From Cyanophora paradoxa CCMP329 (taxonomy: Eukaryota > Plantae > Glaucophyta), in NCBI GenBank assembly GCA_004431415.1, contig QPMI01000411.1, positions 292,772 through 356,771 of the forward strand: a stretch of DNA of 64,000 nt, given 5' to 3'. A model generated the notes under the pieces. It did no database searches, had not been told where the DNA came from, and worked only from the letters and a program-made list of their open reading frames with translations. Position 1 is the stretch's first letter; every line of letters starts with the position of its first letter. Made by a program: the position numbers and the translations under genes. Below are positions 14,201 through 25,700 of this stretch, piece after piece.

Positions 14201-17200
14201 GCCGGCGGGGCGCTGGCGCGGCTGGTGCGGTGCGCGCTGGCGCCGGGCGCGGCGGGCTTCGTCGCCCTCGGCCTCGCCTCGGACGGCGCCGCCCAGGCCG
14301 CCCTCGCCCAGCTCGAGCTCCTCCGTGCGCCCCGCCCCTCCGCCCCGCTTCGGTTCGCCTCTGACGCGGCGGCAGCGGCGCCGGGGGCGTGGGAGGCGGT
14401 GCCGGCGCGGGTGCCGAGCAACGGCGCCGTGCTGCTGCTGGTGAGGGGCGGCGACGTGCTCCCCGCCGGGGGCGCCCTCGCCTGCACGGTGGACGGCCTC
14501 GCCTCGCCGGCGGCCCGCTGGCTCTCCACGGCGGCCGCCGCCTGCGAGGTCCCCGCTTCGCCGACGAGGCGCTCCTCTCCCCGCACGCCCACGCCGCCGT
14601 CCGCCTCGCCGGCCCCGGCCAGGCCCCCGCCGCCGCCTCGGGCGCCGCCCGCCTCCGCCTCCTCGACCCCGTCAGCGCCTGGTCCCTCGACGTGAGCGCC
14701 GCCGCCGAGACGGGCGGGACGCGGGTGCACGTCGGCGGCGCCGGCTTCGACGGGGGCGACTCGGGCGTCGGCTGTGCCTTCGGGCGCGTCTTCGTGCGCA
14801 TCGCGCTGGTGGACCGGAGCACGGCCGAGTGCCTGAGCCCGGCGCTCCCCGCCCGCGCCAGCATCGTCCGCATGTCCGTCCCCGAGCTGAACCTGGCGGC
14901 CCTCGCGAGCTACGCGTGGGACGGGGCCCGCTGCAACGCCTCGCTGGTGCCCGGGGCGGAGCTGGCGGCGCTGCAGGCCAACGCGACGGCCTGCGGGCCG
15001 CAGTACGCGACGCGCGAGGTGGCGCTGCTGCGGGCGGTGGACCTGGGCGACGGGGTGGGGCCGCGCGTCAAGGCCCGCGCCATCCCCCTCCGCATCGCCC
15101 TCGCCGGCTCCGACCTCACCGCCGCCCTCGACGTCGCCGACATCGCGTGGGCGCGCCTCCTCTCCGCCGCCGCCGCCTTCGCCAACCAGCTCGCCGCCTC
15201 CAACGGCACGGCCCCCGGCGCCCGCCGCCTCTCCTCGCTGGACGGGGCGGCGGCGAACGCGAGCCTCACGCCCGACGACGTGCTGCTCGCCCTGCAGCAG
15301 GCCGCGGCGCTCTCCGGCCCCTCGGTGCACGTGCGCCGCAAGCTGCTCAACAGCACGTGCCCGCCGGAGAACTGCCCGGTGACGGTGCGCTCGCTGCTCA
15401 ACATCGCGGCGGTCGGCTTCAACGCGAGCTACCTCAACTACACCGCCCCGGACCTCCCCGACTCGCCCTACGGCCTCCGCTTCTCCCTCGACATCGACGT
15501 CCAGCGTGCGCGCCCCGCCCCGCCCCCCTCGCTGCCTCTGCGGCGCCCGACCCGCCGCGCAGCGGTCCCGTTCATCGCGGCGCTCTCGCCGAACGCGAGC
15601 TTCGTGAAGGGGTACACGCCCGTGACGGTGCGGGGCGCGAACTTCCTGCCGACCGCGACGCTCGGCTGCCTGTTCGGGACGACCCTCGTGCCGGCCGTCT
15701 ACGTCAACTCGAGCGCCGTCGTCTGCCACGCGCCCCCGCAGGCCTCCTACGGCGTCGTCCCCTCTCCGTCACGTGCGCCGCGCGGCCCGCCCTCGCGCGG
15801 CCCGGCGCGATGCGGGGGCGGGGCGCAGGAACAACGGGCGGGACTTCGAGTCGGGGCTGCAGGGCGCGGCGCTCTTCACGTACCTCGCCTGCCCCGCCGG
15901 CTCCTTCTGCAGGGCCGGCGAGGCCTTCCCGTGCCCCCCCGGCCACTTCTGCCCGATGCGGGTGGACGGGAACCGGACGTGGACGGACGTGCAGGAGGCC
16001 GGGGCGAACCTGGACCCATTCCCCGACGTCGTCTTCACCCTCGTGCAGTGCCCGCCGGGCACCTACCAGGACGAGGCCGGGCAGGCCTTCTGCAAGCCCT
16101 GCGTCCGCGGCGGCGTCTGCCCCCGCCTCGGCATGGCCTACCCCGACATCTGCCCCGCCGGCGACCTCTGCGACGAGGAGTCGCTGGTCGCCGGCAAGGT
16201 CTGCCCCCCCGGCAAGATCTGCCTCGCCGGCACCATGACCGGCTTCGCCTTCAACGCCTCGGCCCCCGCCCTGGGCCCGGTAAACGAGACCTTCCTCCGG
16301 CTGGCCCCCGACGCCTGCCCCGAGGGCGCCGCCCTCCCCTCCAGCGGCGCCCCGCCCTCGGCCTGGGCCTACGCCGGCCCCGCCCCGCTCCCCTGCAACG
16401 GGACGGCCGTCACGGCCGCCTCGCTGGACTACATCCGGCAGGTCCCCTTCGGGTACCCGCGCGTGTGCCCGCCGGGCTTCTTCTGCCAGGCGGGGACGGG
16501 GAGCGCGACGACGGTGCCGTACGACTACTTCACGCCGCAGCCGTGCTTCGGGGGCGCCTCGTGCACGCCCGGGTCGGACAACCCGCTGGGGGCCGGCCTC
16601 TGCCCCGCCGGCTTCTACTGCCGCAGCAAGGCCGACGGCTCCCTCGAGGAGCGCCGCTGCGAGCCCGGCTACTTCTGCCCCTCGCAGGGCCTCACGGAGC
16701 CCACGGCCTGCGGCGAGGGCTCCTACCAGGGTGCCCCCCCCCCTCCCGCGCGCCCCTCCCGCCCCCGCCCCCGCCGAGGCGTCGCCCGCAGACGAGTACG
16801 AGGCGAAGGGCTGCAAGTCGTGCCCCCTGCGCTTCTTCTGCCCGCGCACGGCGATGGCGGAGCCGCTGCTGACGCAGCCCGGGTACTACTCGCCCGGGGT
16901 CGGCACCGTGGACCAGCGCCCCTGCTCCGCCGGCTCGTACTCCGCCACCGACGGCTCCTCCGCCTGCACCTCCTGTCCGCCCCGCGCCCTCCCATCCCCG
17001 CGCCCCCGCCTCACGCCGGCCCCGCCGCCCCGCAGGCCCCCTGGGCACGTACGCGACGGGGTACAACAACACGAACTGCACGGAGGCGCCGCCGGGCACC
17101 TTCGTCTCGTACGAGGGCGCCGCCGAGCCGACCGCCTGCAACCCGGGCACCTACTCCGGTCCGCCCGCCCCCGCTCCGCATGCGCCCCTCCTCACCGCCG

Positions 17201-20200
17201 GCCCCAGACGTGCCCGGCCTCACCGCCTGCAAGCTCTGTGCGCCGCCCCGCCCCGCCCCGCCCCGCCTCGCGCCGCGCGGGGCTGACGGGGCGGGGGGCG
17301 CAGGCGGGCTGGGCTCGTACGCGGAGGGCCTGCGCAACACGGAGTGCAAGCCGGCCCCCGCGGGCGCCTTCATCAACTTCGAGGGGGCCGCCCGCCCCAC
17401 CCTCTGCAACCCCGGCACCTACCAGCGTCCGCCCGCCCTCCCCAGCGCGCCCGCCCCCCCTCCCCGGGGCCTGAGGCGGGGCGGCGGGCGCAGCGGCGAA
17501 CGGGTCGGAGACGTGCGTGCCGTGCAAGCCGGGGTACTACACGCCGGACTTCGGGGAGTTCGCGTGCAAGCCGGCCGACCCGGGGCACGTCGTCCCCGCC
17601 TCGGGCAGCACCGCCCAGCAGCAGTGCCCCGCCGGCTCCTACATGCGTCCGCCCCGCCCCCCGCCCCCGCCCCCGCCGCTGCGTTCCGCGGGGCCTCACG
17701 CGCCGGCGGGCGGCGGCAGCGTACACGAACGCGTCGGCGTGCCTGCAGTGCAAGCCGGGGACGTACTGCCCCAAGGAGGGCCTGACGGCGGTCACGCCGG
17801 CGGACCCGGGCTTCTTCGTCGCCTCCCCTTCCTCCATCGCCCAGCTCCCCTGCCGCAAGGGCTCCTACCAGCCCGACCCCGGCGGCGCCGAGTGCCTCGC
17901 CTGCGCCAACGGCTTCATCTGCCCCTGTGCGCCCCCCCGCCCCCCGCCGCGCCCGCTTCGCGCGCCGGGCGAGCGGCGCGCGCAGTCGACCAGATGACGA
18001 GGCCGCTGGCGGCGCCGGCGGGGGCGTTCAGCACGGGGGAGGGGAACACGTTCGCCTCCAAGTGCGCCCCCGGGAACTACTCGGCGATGCCCGGACAGCC
18101 GTTCTGCCTCCGCTGCCCCGCCGGCTTCCAGTGCCTCGCCGAGGGCACCGTCGAGCCCAAGCCCTGCCAGCCGGGCTTCTTCCGCCCCATGGACGAGGGC
18201 GGGACGACGACGATCTCGTGCATCCCGTGCCCGGAGGGGACCTACTCGGAGGCGGCGGGGGCGACGGACATCTCGGCGTGCACGCCCTGCCCCGCCGGCC
18301 TCGTCTGCGCCATCTCGGGCACCCCCGACGTCTCCCGCGCCTCCAAATGCGCCGACGGTGCCCCGCCCCGCCCGCCCGCCCGCCCGCGCGCTCCTCGGGG
18401 GAGCGGGGCCTGACTGGACGGCAGGGTACGTGTGCGGGACGGGGACGAGCGGGTCGTCGCAGTTCGAGGAGAAGTGCCCGGCCGGCTTCTTCTGCGGGGC
18501 GGGGACCTCCCCGGCCACCAAGTTCCTCAACCCCTGCGAGGCCGGCTACTACTGCTTCGAGCAGTCCACGCCCTCCACCGCCAAGCAGCTCCGCTGCCCC
18601 GAGGACCGCTTCTGCCTGCGGGGCACCGCCGCCGTGAACAACGAGACGACGGGGCGCGTCGACTTCTACTGGGCCCTCGCCAAGGCCCCCTACGAGCTCC
18701 TCTCGGCCGACTCGCAGGCGTACCTCCAGGCGCAGATCGCCGCCAGCCGCGCCCGCTCCGGCAGCGCCGCCGCCGCCGCCGCGGAGACCATCGCGGCGAC
18801 GATCGGGGCGGCGCTGGCCGGCTCGGGCTCGCGCCGGCGCCTCCTCTCCGCCGCCTCCATCTTCGAGGGACCTCCTTCGGCGTCGGCCAACCGTGGGCCC
18901 CGCCCCCGCCCCGCCGCCCCCGGCCCCCGCCCCGACCGGGGCGCCCGGGGCCCCGCCGGCAACGCGACGCTCCCGCGCGTCTGGAGCGAGGGGGCGCCGC
19001 CGCGGCGCGGGCTGCTGCAGAACGGGACGACGCCGGCGGCGTCCAACGGGACGGCCGGCGCGGCCTCGGCCTCCTCCGCGTCCTCCGGGGCGACTCCGCT
19101 CTCTTTCGAGTTCCAGGCGCTGGAGGTGCCCGCCGGCCTCAAGTGCCCGGACGGCTCGGCCTCGATCGACCAGTGCTACTCGACGGGGGACCTGCAGCGC
19201 ACCATCGACCCGTGCCGCGCCGAGCTCCCCGAGGGCGTGCCCGCCCAGTGGCGCCCCTACGCCATCCAGCCCAACGTCAGCGGCCTCTCCCGGCCGTCGG
19301 ACGCGGCGACGGGCGCCGGCGGGCAGGCGCGCAAGGGGAACGCGACCTTCTTCGCGCCGGCCACGGAGGCCGGCTACGGCCTCGTCTCCATCTTCTTCGA
19401 CTTCCCCCGCCTCGCCGCCAACGCGCTGCGGGCCGCCCCGGGCGCCCCGCCCCTCAACTTCACCAAGGGCGACTTCGGCGTCAAGTTCGTCTCCCGCGTC
19501 CCCAGCCCCGAGCCGCCCCCCGCGGACGGCACCCCGCCGGCCTTCAAGCGGGGCGCGGCGGCGGCGGGCAAGAACGGCTCGCTGGGGGAGCCGCTGCCGT
19601 TCATGCTGGCGCGGACGGACGGGAGGGCAGTGGACCCGTTCACGGTGCTACAGGTGAACCTGCTGCCGATGTCGGACGCGACGCCGGCCTTCTTCGTCGA
19701 CCTCGAGCTCTACAACCCCGCCAACCTCGTCGGCTTCGACACCCTCGCCTCCCAGCCCGTCGTCTCCGTCCTCTTCAAGCGCCCCGAGCGGGCCGAGCTG
19801 GGCACCAACAGGGCCTTCGTCGCCGTGCTCAACTCGAAGACGCAGCGCAACGACTTCGTGTCGCCCACGAACCTCCAGTCCCTCGTCTTCCTCCCGAACC
19901 GCAACGAGCCCTCCACCTGGTTCGACCTCGTCAAGTGGAACCAGACGGACGCCCAGCACCCCTTCCTCCTCACGTCCGCCCTCCTCCGCCCCGCCCCCGC
20001 CCCCCCTCCTGAGCGCCCCCGCAGGGTGGCCAGCACGGACTACGGCCCCATCGACTACACCAACGTGGACCCCTCGGGGTGCGCCCCGCCCCGCCCCGCC
20101 CCGCCCGGCGCTCGTGTCCCTGCTGGGCCCGCCGAGGCTGACGCTGCCTTTCCCGCAGGCGAAACGTGCCGGCGCCCACCGACGCGGACGGCAAGCCGGT

Positions 20201-23200
20201 GCGCGGCGGCCCCCCGCGCTCGCCTCGCCTCGCCGCGCCGTGACGCGCCCCGCCCCGCAGCTCACCTTCGTGATGCCGTACTTGCCCTACGTCTCCAACT
20301 GCGCCGGCTTCGGGCGGGTGCACCCCCGCGCCGGCCCCCCGGGCCCCCCCGGCGGCTGACGGGGCGGGGCGCTGGGGCCGCGGGGCAGTTCCTGCCGCTC
20401 TTCGCGATCCTGGAGGACTCCAAGGGCTGCAACCTCACCGCCCGCGAGGAGACCGTCCCCACCCAACAGTACAACCCCTTCGGCCCGTGCGCCGCACCCC
20501 GCGCCCCCCGCCCCGCCCCGCCCCGCGCCTCGCTCCGCTCGCCGACGCCGCGGGCGGGCGGGGCGGGCAGGCCGCCCAAGGGGGACGCGTGCGACTACGA
20601 GCTCAAGTGCGTGTACGAGGAGGAGCTGGCGGCGACGGACGGCCAGTCCGCCGTCTACTGGTTCGAGCCGACGGACGGGAAGAAGCTCTTCCAGATCCCC
20701 TGGACGCCCGTGCTGCCCGCCGACGTCAGCAGCGCCGACAAGTTCTGGAGCGGCCTCCAGAGCAGCGGCCAGTTCGCCGAGGTCGAGACGATGACCGAGG
20801 GCGACGGCACCGCCTCCCTCTGGTCCGGCTCCGGCTCCAAGCTCGCCGCCCGCCGCGTCACCTTCGAGGTGCGCTGCACCCCCAGCCCCCTCCCCCAAAA
20901 GACCTTCCGGGCCCCGACGCCGCGCGCAGCTGCAGTACTTCCAGACGTCGGCGACGAGCAAGCGGGTGGTGCAGGCCTTCGTGACCCTCGGCGACTTCGA
21001 GCCGGTCTCGACGCACGACGGGGAGTACACGCTGACGGTCAAGCTCAAGCCGATGACCTGGTTCGAGCTGCTGAACGCCTTCGCGCTGGGCCTCGAGGTC
21101 TACGCCATCATCGGCGGCATCGTCACCGTCACCTGCCTCGTCATCGTCGTCCGCCCCCGCCCCCGCCCCCGCCCCCGCCCCCGCCCCCGCCCTCTCTGAG
21201 CCCCGCCCCGCCCCGCCCCGCCCCCCCCAGTTCTTCTTCTTCTACTTCCACCGCTGGTACTGGCACAAGTTCGACCGCATGAAGTCCAAGCTCGTGCGCC
21301 GGCTCCCCCCGCCCCCCGCCCCGCCGCGCTCCGCCCCGCTGAGCCCCGCGGGGGGTGCAGCCGCCGTTCCGGGGGTGGTCGTACCTGCGGACGACGCACC
21401 CGGCGGTGCTGATGGGGACGAGCGCGGGGGCCATCCCCATGGGCCTCGTCCTCGTCTTCTGCACCCTCTACATCAAGGCCCGCCCCGCCCCGCCAGACCC
21501 CGCCCCGTCCGAGCTCTCTGACGGCCTCGCTGTGCGGGCGGGGGCGCAGGTGCTCAAGCCGTTCGAGCGGCAGGTGGGCCGCTGGCAGGACTGGGGCTCG
21601 GACACGGCCCTCTCGGAGGAGCAGCGGGAGGTGAACCAGGCGGCGCGCTTCGGCACCGCCCTCTTCGCCTGCTCGTTGTACTTCCTCTGGAGCGCCGTCT
21701 GCGTGCTCCAGCCCGACGCCAACTACCACAACCGCAACGACCCGTACCAGAAGAAGCAGTCGGACCGCCTCGGCTCGCACAACCTCAACCGGGGCCTCTT
21801 CATGGCCGCCTGCTTCTGCCTCGTCGGCCTCATGACCTGCCTCATGGAGTGGTGCGCCCTCCGTTGCAGTCCGTCCGATGGCCGCCGGCCCTGAGCTTCG
21901 CCCCTCGCCCCGGTCGCAGGTCGTACAGCACGTGGTTCTCGCAGAACATCTGGCTCTCCGTCATCCTCCTCCGCATCGGCGCCATCGTCCTCGAGGCCAC
22001 GCTGGAAACCGTCCGCCCCCGGCCCCCCGCGCAGCGAAGCGGCGCAAGGCTGACGCCGCCGGCCGCGCAGTCCCTGCGCCAGTCCCTCCTCGCCTCCCCG
22101 ATGCTCGTCGCCTACGACGTGCGCCCGCCCCCGGCGACGGCCCCCTGCCCCCACTCCCGCGCGCCCCGCTCACCGGCCTTGCAGATGGTGAACTTCATGT
22201 GCACGATCGCGGCGGAGAACTTCGTCGCCTTCCTCGCCTCCTTCTACTTCGACCTCGCCCTCAAGGCCCGCCCCCGCCCCCGCCCGCGCCGGGCCCGCTC
22301 TGCGCCCCCTCACCCCCGCCCGCCCGCCCGCCCCCGCGCAGATCGCGGACATCGTCTACCTCGGCTCCCGCGCCGTCTGGCTGATGAACAACGGGCCCCG
22401 CATCGCCCGGATGAAGACCACGCGCTTCCTGCTGCGGCACACGATCACGAACTCGCCGATGTGGCGCTTCACGGCGTGGCTGCGGCACGTGGCCCTCCCC
22501 AAGGTGGAGAAGGGCGAGGCGGCCAAGGAGGAGGAGGAGGAGAAGGAGCGCGCCGAGGACGAGGAGGACGCCCTCGAGGCCGTGCGCCCCGCCCCCCTAC
22601 CCCCCTCGCTCTTCCCCCCCCCCCCTCCGAGCCGAGCCCGGGGGCGCAGGTGGTGGACACGGCGGGCAACTACTCGGTGGACGCCACCTCCTCCGTCCTC
22701 TCCCCCGTCCTCCTCATCATCTTCTACATCTTCGACAAGTGCCCCCGCCCTTCCCCTCCCCCCCCCCACCCCCCCGGCTCACGCGTACCCCCGCCCCGCC
22801 GGCAGCGAGTTCAAGTTCCAGGACGTGTACAACTTCTCCAAGCGTGCGTCGGCTGGGCAGCCCGCCGCTGCGCCGGCCCCCTGCCGCTGACCCGGCGCCC
22901 TCGCCGCGCGCAGTGGCGCCGCTCTACTACCTGGTCTTCGTGCTGATGGTGATGGGGATGCAGCCCATCGTCGACGTCGTCCTCCTCCAGGTCGTCGAGG
23001 CACGCGCCCGTGCCGCCCGACCCTCCCCCCGCGTCCGCCCGCGCCTCGCCGCCCGCTGAGGGCCCCGGGGCGCGCGCGCGCAGCTGCACCTGAAGGTGAA
23101 GATCTACGAGTACTTCAAGCACCAGGCGCGGGAGTACCGGCGGCGGCGGCACTGGTGGAAGGCGCTGGACAAGGAGCAGGAGGACGAGACGGTGCCGATG

Positions 23201-24739
23201 ACGTACCGCTCCATCCACTCCTGGGCCTTCTCGTCGCAGTACTACGCCGTCGTCGCCCTCGCCGCCTCGGCCCTCATCGGCCTCGTCTTCTCCGTCGAGT
23301 GCTGGCTCCGCCAGTCCTTCGACCCCCTCGAGGACCCCATGCTGGCGCTCATCGTCGGCGGCTCCCTGCTCGGCTGCAAGGTCATCAAGATCGCCTGCGA
23401 GGCCGCCGCCTTCGCCGTCAACTTCTGGAACTGCCGCAAGCGCTTCACCCTCTCGCGCGGGCAGCTCGAGCGCCTGCGGGCGATGGGCAAGCTCGGCAGG
23501 GGCGGCAGCCGCGCCTTCGACCGCTCCGACTCGCGCAGCACGACGACGGGCTTCACGGGCCTCTCCGGCGGCAAGGGCTCCGGCTCGGGCCAGGGCGTCC
23601 GCCGCGAAGGGAGCGTCATCTCGAGCTTCACGGCGCAGCGCAAGGGGGCCCCGGGGCGGCCCCCGCTCGGCTCGGCCTCCGTCATCGGCTCCGGGACGGC
23701 CGTGCACCGCAAGGGCTCGGAGCTCTCGGGCTCGGGCGTGCTCCGCGGCAACGCCCGCTTCGAGCAGGGCCTCAAGGCGGCGAGCGCGCCGGCCCTCGCG
23801 GCGGCCCCCAACGCCCTCCGGGACGCCACCTCGCGGGGCGCCCACTGGGCCGCCCTCCTCCGCAACCGCCTCGTCGAGCCCCCGCCGGCCCCGGCCCGCG
23901 CGGGGGCCGCCCTGCGCCCCAGCGGCAAGCGCGGCGCCGACCCCGAGGGGACGACCTCGAGGCGTTCCGGGCGTGGCGGGAGCGGCGGCACGCGCAGCAG
24001 ATGCGCGAGAGCGCGCGGCAGCGGCTCCAGCGGCACCAGCGCCTCTTCGACTCGCCGCCCGTCCCGGGGCGCCGCGCCCGCTCGGCCCCGCGCGGGCGCG
24101 GGCGGGGGCGGAGCGACGAGGAGGGGTACGAGGAGCGGAGGCGGCGGGAGCGGCGGCGGGGCCGCAGCTACGACGAGGCGGCGAGCCCCTCGGGCTCGGA
24201 GTCGCCCCCGCCCCTCCCCTCCGACTCGGAGAGCGACAGCCTCGCCAGCCGCTCCGGCTCCGAGACCGGCTCCGCCTCGAGCTCCGGCTCGGCCTCGGGC
24301 TCGGGCTCGGGCTCGGGCAGCGGCAGCAGCGGCAGCGGCAGCAGCCGCTCGGGAGCCGCGGGAGCGCCTCCACCGGCTCCTCCCGCACGGGCCGCTCGGG
24401 CGCCGGCGCGAGCGGCAGCGGCAGCCGCGCTCGCACGGGCGGCGGCTCGAGCGACGAAGAGGACGCGACGACGACGCACGGGAGCGCCCCGCCGGCGGCG
24501 CCCGACTGGCGGGCGCCGGTCGCCCCGCGGGGCGCGCCGCGCGCCGGGTCGGCCTCGTCGGAGGGGGCGACGAGCGGCGGCTCGCGCTCCGCCTCGCGCA
24601 CCCGCTCCTCCGCCTCGGCCTCGGCCTCCTCCGACGGGGGCACCCGCTCCCGCTCGGGCTCCTCGGGGTCCGAGGGCGAGCCCGCACCCCGCCCCCGGCC
24701 CCGAGGGGGGCGCCCCGCCCCGGCCCCCTCAACCCCTGA
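8253..24739 (+). CDS. Giant membrane protein: IPT/TIG repeats + GCC2/GCC3 (ephrin-receptor-like) Cys repeats + C-terminal multipass region (CRMP-like)
   Basis: N-terminal hydrophobic segment; IPT/TIG-like units (SIWPAEGPVEGGTQVT...CHFGG...LLCTAP; ALSPNASFVKGYTPVTVRGANF...CLFG); many CPxGxFC/CxPGxY repeats at 15.8-18.6 kb; MPYLPYVSNC and CDYELKCVYEE segments; many TM helices at 21-23.4 kb; Ser/Gly-rich tail. 9.2-14.7 kb is hard to keep in frame. Confidence 0.75.
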
Positions 24740-25700
24740 CCCCTCCCTCTCATATCATATCCCCTCCTTGCCTGTACATCCGACTCCGGTCCTTTTCATG
24801 CCTCCTGCCCTTTCCCGCCCCTCGCGATGCCGGCAGCGCCCGCCCGCGCTTGACTCTGCGCCTCGCGCCGCGCTATGATATAGTATTAGTGTAGAATCGG
24901 TAATTAATATTGCTGTTGTAGTCTGCGCCTAGTATTCATATTCACATGCGCTGTGTACGTTCTTTAATTTGAATTATCCGCCTGCAAGGCCGCGTCCGAG
25001 GACACACCGACGCGCCAGGGGAATTGGGACTCATCGGACCCGTGATATCGATTCTAGAGCAGTCTCGCGAGCTCCGGATCCCGTGTCTCGCTGTACGAGG
25101 TCGAGCCAAAACTGAAGATGCCAAAATTGTATGAGGTACGGTATGAGGTTTAAATTTAGCAAATGCCATAATGCATCATTATTCCCGCACATGTTGGCCC
25201 AATTGCAACTTGGCAGGTTGGCCTCCTGCTTTGAATTTAGTGATCAGCCTCACAGAAAGTCAAGCATCATGATATCGATCAAGATCTAGAGCCTCGGGGT
25301 CCGCTGCCAGGCCGCATAGAACGTGCACAGCCTCAAGAGGCCTGAGACAGCTACGGCATGGTCACCTTGAAACATGATCATGACCCAAAGTGCCACCGCG
25401 GTGGCCGGTCGCCGGTGGAGTGCAGTTCACGTGATTCGAAATCAAGGCACCCGCGATCGCAGCTGCAGTCCACGTAAATTCGAGTTCGGGCCCCGGGCCC
25501 AGCCCGGCCAAAGGAATTCGAACACAAAACGTGGCTGATGACCGCGAATTACCGCTACTGGCTACTGGCTACCACTACTAGACTACTCAAGAAAGGGCCC
25601 CCCGAAGGCCCGCGGGGCCTCGAGCGAGCTCCGAGGCCGGGCTCGGGCCGGGGCCGGGGCCGGGCGGGGCGCGCCGGGCAGGGGCCGGGCAGCGCTGCAG

